From Squalus acanthias (taxonomy: Eukaryota): a stretch of DNA of 64,000 bases. The DNA lies in the NCBI GenBank assembly GCA_030390025.1, contig CM059432.1:86182001-86246000 (forward strand), in the 5' to 3' direction. A program made the translations under genes and the position numbers. This document shows positions 24,016 to 37,590 of the stretch, in pieces (the first letter of the stretch is position 1; each line of letters starts with the position of its first letter). Below the pieces are notes generated by a model. That model made no database searches, had not been told where the DNA came from, and saw only the letters and a program-made list of their open reading frames with translations.

Positions 24016-26302
24016 TTTACACCAACACTTCAGCTCTTACAATTATTAACGGATAACAGAATGGCTTTTAAAGAAGTCAGGCACAAATTGCATTCTCATC
24101 AGGGTCTTGCAAAGAATCAGGTCATGTTACAGCAGAGAAACACACCCTTCGGTCCATCAGGTTTGCACCAGTTAGCCACCCAGTCTAATCCCACTCTCCA
24201 GCTCGCTTCCCATACTTAATATATTTCTTTACAAGCAACTATCTAATTCCCTTTTAAAATAATTTATGGACTATGCATCAACAATGGTTTGTGGCAGAAA
24301 ATTCCACAGTCTAATAGCACTTTGCGGAAATAATTTTTTCTGATTCTTTGTTATTATTTTAAATTTGTACCATCTAATTACCATCAAAACAACCAATGGA
24401 CAGTATTTAACACTGTTTTTTCTTATCAGAACCCTTCATGTCTTAGGTTACTCCTTATTTAGGAAAAAAATTATTTTCCAACTCTTTTGATGCTAGTGAG
24501 GTTTTTTAAACTGAATTAAATGTAGTTTAAACTGGCATATGTGAATCAAAAGTGAAATTTGTGACTATATGGACCACACCAAACTTAAGTTTTTAACCAG
24601 TTAGATGAGTCTAGCCAAAATACCACAGAATTTATTTCATGGTTGCAAAAACATGCACACAGCACAAATTAATTTGGTTCAGAGGATAAGTGCATAAGCC
24701 CCAAATATTCACGGGCCTTCTGGCGCATTCCCGCTATAAATCTGGTAGAAGTATGGCAAAAGGCCCATGAATTATTTCAGAACCCAGAAAGGCAAGATCC
24801 TAGCCTGTATTGCTACTTTCCACAGGATCCTGTTTGGATCGGAACCTCTATCTGCCCCAAATATTGTTCTCTGTGTCAGAGGGAGAATGCCAGGGAAAGG
24901 GAACTTTTCATGGCCCTGGCCTGAGATGCGCCAGACAACCAGTCTGCTGGAGGTAAGGAGGTTTACTGGCCTCCCAGTCAGGGAAAATCAGGTTCACCTG
25001 GGGATCCAGGCCTGGCCCCTAAAATTTCAGAAATCAGACCTCTTAGGCCTCAATGAAAAGGCTAGTGAGCCTGGGTATGTCAGAATATTTTCAAGTATTT
25101 TCTGCTGCAATACCCGCTTCCCCATCCCCAGCTATGTCGGAATCCAAAGATATGCCTATAGTGGTGCAGATGCCTGCCAGGAATTTTTGAATTAGAGAAC
25201 CTCTCATTGACCCTACATACTCCAGCAGGGTCAGTGGTAGAGGACCCCAATGGGTAGATTTCCACACTTATGCCAGGATTGACAGGCCACGGTTGTTCAG
25301 GTCCACTGGGTTTTGGATGACACTGTATTAGGGAGATCAAAAGACCCTAACCCTAACTAGACTCAAAACCAGCATCATTCACATCTGCCAAGTCCAGGCA
25401 GTGGTTCTTAGCAAAAGTTCAAGAATTCCCAAAAAGCAGATAAGCAAAGTTTAGAATAATATATTTTGGGTTTCCTGCCAGAGAGGTGGTAGTGGTAAAA
25501 AATGTACTCCACTCTCTTTGCTTAGAAACTTTGGGGGTTGGGGGCTGGGGGTGTGAAACTGGTCAACGACAGTAGCGTGAAACAGGCTCATAGTGAACTG
25601 GCTTCATTGGAAAAGAAAATCAGGTGTGTGTAAAATGGGCTGTCGAATCGCTATGAGCCCATAAGACTTAAGACCTTGGGACGATAAGTAATAAACAGTT
25701 GTTGTGCTTGTTTAAAATGCCCTACAACTATCCATATAGTGGAAGCAATCTTCTAATTCTAATTTATGAGGAGGTAGATAGACAAAGAGATGAGCAACTA
25801 TCATTGCTAGGAAATTGCTCAGTGTGCTGAGTAAGACAAGTCACGAACGAGGCATGTTGATACCACAGCCACCAAGAATAAAGCTTACTATAACAGGTAC
25901 TTAAGATAACACATGTGAACACACTTGAAAAGAAGGGTAGAACCAGACTGAGATCCTAATTTGGGATGAGTGGTAATTGATCAGGATTTAATTTCCCAAT
26001 GGCCTTCATCAATTCAGAAACTAAGGAGTGTCCTTCTAAGGAAGGGTGATGAAAGAAGCCCATGAAAGACAAAAATTGCCAAAAAAATTAGCATGGATAG
26101 AGCCCTGCCTCAGTTGCAGGTCAAGAGGCAATCTATATATATATCTCTCAGGATAGAATGTACACCACAGGAGAAAGTGAAAAGATTTGGCTCAACATCA
26201 CTGCACAAACTTTTCCCACTTGACATTATAAGTCCGTTTGATGGATAACTTGTTCAGGGCCAGTAAATTGTCCACTAGAGATGGTGGTAGTACTGCATCT
26301 AA

Positions 26303-29300
26303 TTTTTGTTATTCGTTCCTGGGATGTGGGCATCACTGGCAAGGCCAGCATTTATTGCCCATCTCTAATTGCCCTTGAGAAGGTGGTGGTGAGCCGCCTT
26401 CTTAAACCGCTGCAGTCTGTGTGGTGAAGGTATTCCCACAGTGCTATTGGGGAGGGAGTTCCAGGATTATGACCCAGCGACGATGAAGGAATGGTGATAT
26501 ACTTCCAAGTCAGGATGGTGTGTAACTTGGAGGGGAATTGCAGGTGATGGTGTTCCCATGCGCCTGCTGCCCTTGTCCTTCTATGTGGTAGAGGTCATGG
26601 GTTTGGGAGGTGCTGCCGAAGAAGCCTTGGCGAGTTGCTGCAGTGTATCTTGTAGATGGTACACACTGCAGCCACGGCGCACTGGTGGTGGAGGGAGTGA
26701 ATGTTTAAGGTGGTGGTTAGGGTGCCAATCAAGTGGGCTCCTTTGTCCTGGATGGTGTCGAACTTCTTGAGTGTTGTTGGAGCTGCACTCAGCCAGGCAA
26801 GTGGCGAGTATTCCATCACACTCCTGACTTGTGCCTTGTAGATGGTGGAAAGACTTTGGGGAGTCAGGAGGTGAGCCACTCGCCGCAGAATACCCAGTCT
26901 CTGACTTGCTCTTGTTGCCACAGTAATTTTCTGGTCAATGGTGACCCCCAGGATGTTGATAGTGGGGGATTCGGGGATGGTAATGCCGTTGAATATCAAG
27001 GGGCAGTGCTTAGATTATCTCTTGTTGGAGATAGTCATTGCATGGCACTTGTGTGGCGTGAATGTTACTTGCCACTTATCAGGCCAAGCCTGAATGTCTT
27101 CCAGATCTTGCTGCATGTGGGCATGGGCTGCTTCATTATCTGAGGAGTTGCGAATGGAACTGAACACTGTGCAATCATCAGCGAACATTCCCACTTCTGG
27201 CCTTATGATGGAGGGAAGGTCATTCATGAAGCAGCTGAAGATAGTTGAGCCTAGGACACTGCCCTGAGGAACTCCTGCAGCGATGTCCTGGGGCTGAGAT
27301 GATTGACCTCCAACAACCACAATCATCTTCCTTTGTGCTAGGAATGACTCTAACCAGTGGAGAGTTTTCCCCCGATTCCCATTGACTTCATTTTACTAGG
27401 ACTCCTTGATGCCACCATCGGTCAAATGCTGCCTTGATGTCAAGGGCAGTCACTCTCACCTCACCTCTGTGATTCAGCTCTTTTGTCCATTTTTGGACCA
27501 AGGCTGTAATCAGGTCTGGAGCCGAGTGGTCCTGCCAGAACCCAAACTGAGCATCGGTGAGCAGGTTATTGGTGAGTAAGTGCCGTTTAATAGCACTGTC
27601 AACGACACCTTCCATCACTTTGCTGATGATTGAGAGTAGACTAATGGGGCGGTAATTGGCCGGATTGGATTTGTCCTGCTTTTTGTGGACAGGACATACC
27701 TGGGCAGTTTTCCACATTGCCGGGTAGATGTCAGTGTTGTAGCTGTACTGGACCAGCTTGGCTAGAGGTGCAGCTAGTTCTGGAGCACAAGTCTTCAGCA
27801 TGACAGCCGGGATGTTGTTGGGGCCCATACCTTTGCTGCACCAGTGCGCTCAGCCGTTTCTTGATATCACATGGAGTGAATCGAATTGGCTGAAGACTGG
27901 CTTCTGTGATGGTGGGGACCTCAGGAGAAGGCCGTTGTGGATCATCCACTCGGCACTTCTGGCTGAAGATGGTTGCAAACGCTTCAGCCTTGTCTTTTGT
28001 ACTCGCATGCTGGGATCCGCCATCATTGAGGATGGGGATATTCATGGAGCCTCCTCCTCTCAGTTGTTTAATTGTCCACCACCTTTCACAACTGGATGTG
28101 TCAGGACTGCAGAGCTTTGATCTGATCCGTTGATTGTGGGATCGCTTAGCTCTGTCTATAGCATGTTGCTTTCGCTGTTTAGCATGCATGTAGTCCTGTG
28201 TTGCAGCTTCCCCAGGTTGGAACCTCATTTTTAGGTATGCCTGGTGCTGCTCCTGTCATGCTCTTCTGCACTCCTGATTGAGCCAGGGTTGGTCTCCTGA
28301 CTTAATGGTAATGGTAGAGTGAGGGATATGCCAGGCCATGAGGTCACAGATTGTGGAATACAATTCTGCTGCTGCTGATGGCCCACTGCGCCTCATGGAT
28401 GCCCAGTTTTGAGCTGCAAGATCTGTTCTGAATCTATCCCATTTAGTACAGTGGTAGTGCCACACAACTCAATGGAGGGTGTCCTCAGTGTGAAGATGGG
28501 ACTTCGTCTCCAGCAGTCCCTGCTACCAATGCTGTCATGGACAGATGCATCTACGTCAGGTAGATTGGTGAGGATGAGGTCAAGTAGGTTTTTTCCTTGT
28601 GTTGGTTCTCTCACCACCTGCCAAAGGCCCAGTCTGGTAGCTATGCCCTTCAGAACTTGACCAGCTCAGTCAGTAGTGGTGCTACCGAGCCACTCTTGGT
28701 GATGGATATTGAAGTCCCCCACCCAGAGTACATTCTGTGCCCTTGCTACCCTCAGTGCTCCTTCCAAGTGGTGTTCAACATGGAGGAGTACTGATTCATC
28801 AGCTGAGGGAGGGCGGTCGGTGGTAATCAGCAGGAGATTTCCTTGCCCATGCTTGACCTGAAGCTTGAGACTTTATGGAGACTGGAGTCAATGTTGTGTG
28901 CTCCCAGGGCCACTCCCTCCTGACTGTATACCACTGTGCCGCCACTTCTGGTGGGTCTGTCATGCCGGTGGGACAGGACATACCCAGGGATCGTGATGGA
29001 GGAGTCTGGGACATTGGCTGAAAGGTATGATTCTGTGATTATGACTATATCAGGCCGTTGCTTGACTAGTCTGTGGGACAGCTCTCTCAATTTTGGCACA
29101 AGTCCCCAGGTGTTAGTGAGGTGGACTTTGCAGGGTCAACTGGGCTGGGTGTGCCATTGTCGTGTCTGAAGCCAGTGCCTGGGTCGATGCCGGGTGGTCC
29201 ATCCGGTTTTATTCTTATTATTGATTTTCGTAGCACTTTGTTACAACTGAGTGGCTTTCTAAGCCATTTCAGAGGGCAGTTAAGAGTCAACCACATTGCT

Positions 29301-29658
29301 GTGGGTCTGGAGTCACATATAGGCCAGACCAGGTAAGGACGGCAGATTTCCTTCCCTAATCATAGGATCATAGAAATTTATGGCACAGAAGGAGGCCATT
29401 CGGCCCATCGTGTTTGCGCCGGTTGAAAAAGCGCTATCCAGCCTAATCCCACTTTCTCAGTTAACCAGATGGGCTTTTATGACAATCCGATGGTTTCATG
29501 GTCACCATTACTGATACGACTTTTTATTCCAGATTTATTTAATTAACTGAATTTAAATCCACCAGCTGCCATGGTGGGATTTAAACTCACGTCTCTGGAT
29601 CATTAGTCCAAGCCTCTGGATTACTAGTCCAGTAACGGAACCACTATGCTACCGGCCC
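26303..29658 (-). mobile_element. Apparently full-length ORF2-only LINE (CR1/L2 group, EN+RT) with a tRNA-like 5' head; degenerate
   Basis: Minus ORFs: PDIVIITESYL (EN), [56 protein letters not shown]. The head has an A box TAGCATAGTGG and a B-box-like GAGTTTAAATCC. A-rich tail at ~26303. Confidence 0.88.
29360..29456 (-). mobile_element. Short CR1 3' tail inserted in the LINE head
   Basis: cataggatcatagaaatttatggcacagaaggaggccattcggccc matches the reverse complement of the tail at 61810-61905. Confidence 0.75.
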
Positions 29659-29861
29659 TATAGTTGAGAGAGAAGTATCTGAGCGGGGTATCATCAACAC
29701 AAGAATGCCCAAGACCATAGAATGATTGAAATTTCAGCATAGAAGATGGTCATGCAGCCCTTGCGTCTGCCAGTGCCAACTCTGTATTGGAGCTGTCTAC
29801 TAAAATCCCATTTCCCTGCTCTTATCCTGTATCCTTAAATATTTCAGTCTATAAGTGTTTA

Positions 29862-32800
29862 TGTGACTGCTAGGGAGATGGGTAGCAGGGACTTAGGAGA
29901 GGTTGAGAAGGAGGTCCTGCAGACACTGGTCCTGTCCAACAGGTACGATGAACTCACTACCTGTGAGGACAAGAAGAAAGACTGTGGGGTGGACAGCCAC
30001 AATGCAGACCAAGGCACCGTGGCTCAGAAGGCTATCCAAGGGAGGGGAAGAGCAGAATAGAAATGTGGTCGTGATAGGGGATTCTATAATTAGGGGGATA
30101 GATAGTGTCCTCTGCAGCCATGAACAAGAATCCCAAAGGGTGTGTTGGGTAAGGGATATGGCGAGGTGCTGGAGAGGAATTTGGAAAGGGAAGGGGTAAA
30201 TCCAGTTGTCGTGGTCCATGTTGGAACAAACGACATAGGTAGGAACAGGGAGGAGGTCCTGCTGAAGGAGTATCAGGAGTTAGGAGCTAAATTAAAAAGC
30301 AGGACCTCGAGGGTAATAATCTCTGGATTATTGCCCGAGCCACGTGCAAATTGGCATAGAAGCAGACAGATCAGGAGAATTAACACATGGCTAAAGGGCT
30401 GGTGTGGGACAGAGGGGTTTCCTTTTCATGGGACACTGGCACCAGTACTGGGACAGGAAGGAGCTGTACCGATGGGACGGGCTCCAACTGAACCGGGATG
30501 GGACTCGTATCCTAGCGGAAAGGGTAAATAGGGAGGTGGCAAAGGCTTTAAACTAATAAGATGGGGGGGGGGGGAGGGATCTACAAGAAATGAAACCAGC
30601 CTAAATATAAACAAAACAGGAAAGGAGAGCATAGGAAAGAGTAAAGTAAGGGAGGACATTGATGGCCAGGGAATAAATAGAGTAATAGAACAGGAGAGTA
30701 AAAAGATGGTTAAAAATAAAGTGAAAGGAACTGCTATTAAAAATGAGTTAAACTGTCTGTACAGCAATGCGCACAGTGTCCGTAATAAAACAGGAGAGCT
30801 GGAGGCAATCATGCGTTGCGAGGAACCAGACATAGTAGGGATTACTGAGACACGGCTACAGAAAAATCAGGACTAGGAACTAAACATTGCAGGGTATAAC
30901 ATATTTAGAAAAGATAGAGAAGGAAAAAGGAGAGGTGGAGTAGCTGTACTTATTAGGGATAACATAATGGCAGTAGAAAAAGGTGACGCAGCTATCAGCA
31001 AGATAGAAACAGAATCCATGTGGTTAGAGATAAAAGACAATACAGGATCAATCACACTAATAGGGGTAGTCTACAGACCACCTAATAGTGGAAGGGAGGT
31101 GGAGGAAGAAATAGGCAAACAAATTAGGGAAATGAGTAAAAAACATAGAATAATAATCATGGGGGATTTCAACTATTCCAATATTAATTGGACAGAAGAG
31201 GTAGGTAAAGGGGATAGGGGAATGGAGTTCCTACAATGTGTACAGGACTCCTTTCTAACCCAATATGTGGAATAGGGCCACTAAGGGATGGACAGGATAA
31301 TACCACAGGCAACGATAGAGAGATGGCAGAAATATTAAATAATTACTTTGCTTCAGTATTTAACAGGGAGATAGAACATGTGGACATGACAATGGATCAT
31401 GAGATTAGTAATGAAATAAATGCATTTAAAATAAAAAGAGGAGATATATTAAATAAACTAATCAAACTGAAAGAGGAAAAAACACCTGGTCTGGACAGAT
31501 TATATCCGTGCATTTTAAAAGAATTTAGGGATGAGATAGCAGAGGCATTACTACACATATTTAATAATTTGTTAAAAAAGGTGTAGTGCCAGAGGACTGG
31601 TGGATAGCTAACGTAATACCTATATTTAAGAAGGGAGATAGAACATGTCCAGGGAACTATAGACCAGTCAGCTTAACATCAGTGGTAGGAAAAATAATGG
31701 AATCCCTACTAAAGGAGAAAATAGAAGAACATCTAGAAGCCAAAAATATAATAATGAAGAGTCAGCATGGATTTCAAAAGGGAAAGTCTTGCTTGACCAA
31801 CCTCATTGAATTTTTTGAAGAGGTAACAGAGAGAGTAGACAAGGGTAATGTAGTAGATGTAATTTATCTAGATTTTCAAAAGGCCTTCAATAAGGTCTAT
31901 CGAAGACTAGTCATAATAGACTATTGAATAAAGTCAGAGAATGCAGAGTCAGGGGACAAGAAGCAGATTGGATAGCTACTCACAGTGGCAGAAGGTGGGT
32001 AGTGGTGTTCCACAAGGATCAGTGCTGGGACCACTGGTGTTCACAATTTATATTAACAATTTAGACTTTGGAATAAAAAACACAATTTCTAAATTTGCGG
32101 ATGACACCAAATTGGGGGGCATAGTCAATACTGAGGAGGACTGCAACAAATTACAGGAGGACATTAATAAACTTGTAGAATGGGCATATAATTGGCAAAT
32201 GAATTTCAACACAGATAAATGTGAGGTATTACATTCGGTAGGAAGAATAGGGAGGTCACTTATTACTTGGAGGGGGTGAGTCTGGGTGGGGTAGAGGAGC
32301 AAGGAATCTTGGAGTACAAATACACAAATCATTGAAAGTAGCGACACAGGTTAACAAGGCCATAAAAAAAGCAAACCAATCACTAGGGTTTATTTCTAGA
32401 GGGATAGAATTGAAAAGTAGTGAAGTTATGCTAAACTTGTATCGAACCTTGGTTAGACCAGACTTGGAGTACTGCGTACAATTCTGGTCGCCATATTATA
32501 GAAAGGATACAGAGGCACTGGAGAGGGTGCAGAGAAGATTTACAAGAATGATACTAGAAATGCGAGGGTATACCTATCAGGAAAGGATGAATATGCTGGG
32601 TCTCTTTTCGCTTGAAAAAAGAAGGCTAATGGGTGACCTAATAGAGGTCTTTAAAATTATGACAGGTTTTGATAGAGTAGATCCACTTGTGGGAAAGAGA
32701 ATAACTAGAGGCCATCAATATAAGATAGTCACCAACAAATCAAATAGGGAATTCAGAAGAATCTTCTTTACCCAGAGGGTGGTGAGAATGTGGAACTTGC

Positions 32801-33008
32801 TACCACAGGGAGTAGTTGAGGCAAATAGTTTAGATTCATTTGAGGGGAGGCTTGATAAGCATATGAGGGAGAAGGGAATAGAGGGTTATGCTGATAGTGT
32901 TGGATGAGGAAAGATGGGAGGAGGCTCGAGTGAGTATAAACGCCAGCATAGACTGGTTGGGCTGAATGGCCTGTTTCTGTGCCGTATATCCTATGTAATC
33001 CTATGTAA
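29862..33008 (+). mobile_element. CR1 LINE with SGNH/GDSL-esterase ORF1 remnant and degenerate ORF2 (internal deletion at ~31272)
   Basis: VVIGDSIIRG, VVVHVGTND, EN and RT motifs, and a (cctatgtaat) tail. Same family as 6370-9333. Confidence 0.93.
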
Positions 33009-36000
33009 TCACCTCTTAAATGTTGTGATTCACTCAGCCATATCTGATAATACATTCCATATTCAATAACCCTTTGTACAAAAAATATTCTTCTAAGCTG
33101 CCCCTTTAAGCTTCCAGTACTCATTCGAAGTTTAAGCATCCTTATTATGTATTAATTGACTCGTAGAAATAGCCTTTCACTATTTATCTTTTCAGCTCCT
33201 TTCATAATATTAAACACAGCTTGTACGGTCAATCTTCATTCCCTCGGCTCACATTTTCTGCAATGCCAAGAATTAGGGGAAAGAGAGGAAACAAATACAG
33301 CAACATTCATTTCCAGAAGATGAAAAAACTTTCCAACTTCCAAGCTGACTCTTCCAATCTCCTTGAGCAGAAAGAAGGCAGCTGATGATTGTCCAGTGAT
33401 GCAAACAGGATCATCACCAGGTAACACCATGGCCTTGATTCTAAACCGTGCCCCTCTCCCCACCTCACCAGTGAGGAAAGGGTCAGGCAAAGTGTTAAAT
33501 CTTAAAAACTGAAATCCCGCTTCCAACCTACCATGTTCCCGGCCGCCATAATATTAAAGGTGGCAATTCAGGCCCTGGATGAGGCTCTTGCAAAGAGCAG
33601 GTGGGGGCCTACTTAAGATTCAAAAGTCATGGCCTGATGATGTCATCAGCACCACGATGCCATTTTAAGATCCACACAAGGGGAGTCTGGTGCCCGGCAA
33701 CAGAGCATGGTGGGAGGAACCGACTGGCCGGTAGAGAACATAAGAACATAAGAAATAGGAACAGGAGTAGGCCATTCAGCCCTTCGAGCCTGCTCCGCCA
33801 TTCAATGAGATCATGGCTGACCTTCTGCCTCAACTCCATTCACCGGCCCTATCACCATATCCCTTGATGCCCTTACTAGTCAGAAATCTATCGACTTCTG
33901 TTTTGAATATACCCAATGACTGAGCCTCCACAGCCCTCTGGGGTAGAGAATTCCAAAGATTTACCACGCTCTGTGTGAAGAAATTTCTTCTCATCTCAGT
34001 CCTAAATGGCCTACCCTTTATCTTGAGGCTGTGGCCCCTGGTTCTAGACTCCCCAGCCAAGGGAAACATTCTCCCAGCATCCATCCTATCAAGCCCTGTA
34101 ATAATTTTGTATGCTTCAATGAGATCCCCTCTCATTCTTCTGAATTCAAGAGAATACAGGCCTAGTTTACTCAATCTCTTCTCATACGACAGTCCCGCCA
34201 TCCCAGGAATCAATCTCGTGAACCTTCGTTGCAGTCCCTCTATGGCAAGTATATCCTTCCTTAGGTAAGGAGACCAAAATTGTACACAGTACTCCAGGTG
34301 TGGTCTCACCAAGGCCCTATATAATTGGAGTAAGACTTCTTTACTCCTGTACTCAAATCCTCTTGTAATGAAGGCCAGCATACCATTTGCCTTCCTAATG
34401 GCTTGCTGCACCTGCACATTCACTTTCAGTGACTCATGTACAAGGACACCCAGGTCCCTTTGAGCATCTGCATTCCCCAATCTTTCACCATTTAGGATAT
34501 ACTCTGCCTTTCTGTTTTTTCTACCAAAGTGGATAACTTCACATTTATCAATATTATATTCCATCTGCCATGTTCTCGCCCACTCACTGAGCCTGTCGAG
34601 ATCCCCTTGAAGCCTCTTCACGTCCTCTTCGCAACTGACACTGCCACCTAGCTTTGTGTCATCAGCAAATTTGGAAATGTTACATTTAGTCCCCTCATCC
34701 AAATCATTGATATAGATTGTGAATAGCTGGGGCCCAAGCACCGATCCTTGCGGTACCCCACTAGTCACAGCCTGCCATCCTGAAAAAGACCCGTTTATCC
34801 CTACTCTTTGTTTTCTGTCTGTTAACCAATTCTCAATCATGCTAGTATATTACCCCCAATTCCATGTGCCCTAATTTTGTTCACCAACCTCTTGTGCGGG
34901 ACCTTATCGAAGACCTTCTGAAAATCCAGATACACCACATCTAACGGTCCCCTTTGTCTACTCCACTAGTTACATCCTCAAAGAACTCCAATAGGTTTGT
35001 CAAACAGGATTTCCCTTTCATAAATCCATGTTGACTCTGCCCAATCTTACTATTAGTTTCTAAGTGCCCAGTTATTGCATTCTTTATAATAGATTCCAGC
35101 ATTTTCCCAACCACTGATGTGAGGCTAACAGGTCTGTAGTTCCCCATTTTCTCTCTCCCTCCTTTCTTAAATAGCGGGGTTACATTTGCTATCCTCCAAT
35201 CTGCAGGAACCGTTCCAGAATCTATAGAATTTTGGAAGATGACAACCAATGCGTCCACTATTCCAATGGCCACCTCTTTCAAAACCCTAGGATGTAGGTC
35301 ATCCGGTCCTTGGGATTTATCAACTTTTAGTCCCATTAATTTTGCTAGTACTGTTTTTTTACTAATAATAATTTCTTTAAGTTCCTCATTCTCGTCAGAC
35401 CCTTGGTTTTCTCGTATTTCTGGGAGGTTTTTTGTGTCTTCCTCCGTGAAGACAGAAACAAAGTATTTATTTAATTTTTCTGCCATTTCCTCATTCCCCA
35501 TTATAAATTCTCCCGTCTCTGACTGTAAAGGACCTACATTTACCTTCGCCAGTCTTTTCCTTTTCACATACCTATAGAAGCTTTTACAATCCGTTTTTAT
35601 ATTTTTCGCTAGTTTGTGCTCATATTCCATTTTCCCTTTCTTTATCAATTTCTTGGTCCCCCTTTGCTGATTTCTAAAAAGATCCCAATCCTCAGGCTGA
35701 CCGCTTTTTCTGGCAACTTTATAAGCTTCCTCCTTTGACTGAATACTCGCTTTAATTTCTTTTGTTAGCCATGGTTGGATCACTTTTCCTTTTGGGTTTT
35801 TATGCCCTAGAGGAATATATGTTTGTTGCAAATTATGCATTATTTCCTTGCATGTTAGCCATTGTATGTCCACCTTCATACCTTTTAGTGTAGTTTCCCA
35901 ATCTACCATGGCCAACTTGTCCCTCATACCCTTGTAGTTTCCTCTGTTTAGATTGAAGACCTTAGTTTCAGATTGGACTACATCACTCTCAAACTTAATG

Positions 36001-36285
36001 TAAAATCCAATCATATCATGGTCACTTGTCCCTAAAGGCCCCTTTACCACAAGATTATTGATTAGCCCTTTCTCATTACACAGTACCAGATCCAGAATAG
36101 CCTGTTCCCTGGTTGGTTCCTCCACATACTGATCCAGGAAACCATCTTGCATGCATTCCAAGAATTCGTCCTCCACACCATTAATGGTAATTTGATTTGC
36201 CCAGTCAATATGTAGATTAAAGTCCCCCATGATTACGGTATTGCCCTTGTTACATGCACTTCTAATCTCTTGATTGATACTGTGC

Positions 36286-36707
36286 CATAGAAACATAGAA
36301 TCTAGGAGCAGGAGTAGGCCATTCGGCCCGTCGATCCTGCTCCGCCATTCAATACGATCATGGCTGATCATCCAAATCCAGTACCCTGTCCCTGCTTTAA
36401 TCCCCACAGTACACATATCCCACCCTACCCCCGTAACCCCACGTATTTAATTCCCCCTAACATATCCCATCCTATCCCCATAACCCCACATATTTAATCC
36501 CCCCTAACACTAAGGGTCAATTTATCATAGCCAAATCAACCTAACCCACACATTTTTAGACTGTGGGAGGAAACCGGAGCACCCGGAGGAAACCCACGCA
36601 GACACGGGGAGAATGTGCAAACTCCACACAGACAGTCACCCGAGGTCAGATTCGAACCCGGGTCTCTGGCGCTGTGAGGCACCAGTGCTAACCACTATGC
36701 CACCGTG
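36286..36707 (-). mobile_element. HE1/V-SINE-type tRNA-derived SINE with CR1-derived tail
   Basis: A box TGGCATAGTGG, B box GGTTCGAATC, V-domain gtgtggagtttgcacattctccccgtgtctgcgtgggtttcctccgggtgctccggtttcctcccaca, CR1 tail ending tctatgtttctatg. Confidence 0.92.
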
Positions 36708-36829
36708 TACCATTACTGTTTGGTGGCTTATACACAACTTCCACCAATGTTTTCCGCCCTTTGCTTTTTCTTAGCTCCACCCAAACTGATTCCAGTTCTA
36801 CATCATGATCTGCCAAGCCAAGATCTTTT

Positions 36830-37590
36830 GGGGTAAAAATTGAGTCGCGCCCCATTTGGGGCGCTAACCTCGCCGGGGCGCGACTTTTAGCGCCCCGAAA
36901 AAATTAGCGGCCCCGCGCCGGAACTTCAGTGGTTGCGCCCCAAGAGGGAAGCGGGGCGCAACTGGAAGCAGCCCGCATCCCTCTTGGGGCGCTGCGAGTG
37001 AATATCCTGGCGCTACGTGCCGCAGCGCCACGCGCTGCGGCACGTCGCGCCGCGGTATTGCAGGCCTTCCTCCCCTTCTTAAAGGGGAGGGACCCTGCGC
37101 AGCGCGAACCGGGGCCCAGCTGGGCCCCCAGGGATCGGGAGTGCCGGCAAAAGAGCCCGGCACTCAAGAGAAGTGCCGGGCTCTTGGAGCGCAGCCGGCA
37201 CTTCACGGTGGGGGGGCTTCACGGGGGCCGGGGGCAGGTGCTGGCAGGCGGCCAGCAACAAAAATGGCCGCCTGCCACCTCCGCTTTAAATATCGCCGCC
37301 CCGGCCGCACGTACGCCTCCCTGAACCCGTCGGACATAGCGTCTGGCGGTAAATCAGGGGGCGCGACTGAAGATCACGGCCGGGGCGCGAGCGGGGTGCT
37401 GCGCACGGCGATGACGTCATCGCCGGCGGCGCAGCGCCACAGGGCGCTACCGGCTGCCGCCGCCGCTAACCTCCCACTAAATTTTTCGGGAGGCGTGGGC
37501 GGCGCTGCGCCCGGGCGTTAGCTGCTTTACGCCCCATTAGCGCCCTCTTAAGGCGCTAACAGGAGGCGCAAGCAGCTGAATTTTTCCCCC
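36830..37590 (+). mobile_element. Young CpG-rich non-autonomous Harbinger-type element
   Basis: TIRs GGGGTAAAAATTGAG / CTGAATTTTTCCCCC with a TTT duplication. Inserted in the CR1 endonuclease region; ends related to 21205-22104. Confidence 0.9.

Noticed and set aside
24697..25260. Another possible TIR element (142-aa ORF inside)
   Set aside because: The composition is MITE-like, but no matching ends or TSD could be established and the ORF has no recognisable motif.
34941..36416. 491-aa ORF with a novel N-terminus
   Set aside because: The N-terminal ~43 residues are the SINE tail read in frame by chance into CR1 ORF2, so it is not a new gene.
36630..36707. tRNA gene
   Set aside because: The A/B boxes are followed by the SINE V-domain and CR1 tail, so it is a SINE head.
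36864..37521. Cluster of GC-rich ORFs / apparent CpG-island gene
   Set aside because: It lies wholly within the TIR element 36830-37590, and the ORFs reflect stop-codon scarcity in GC-rich DNA.
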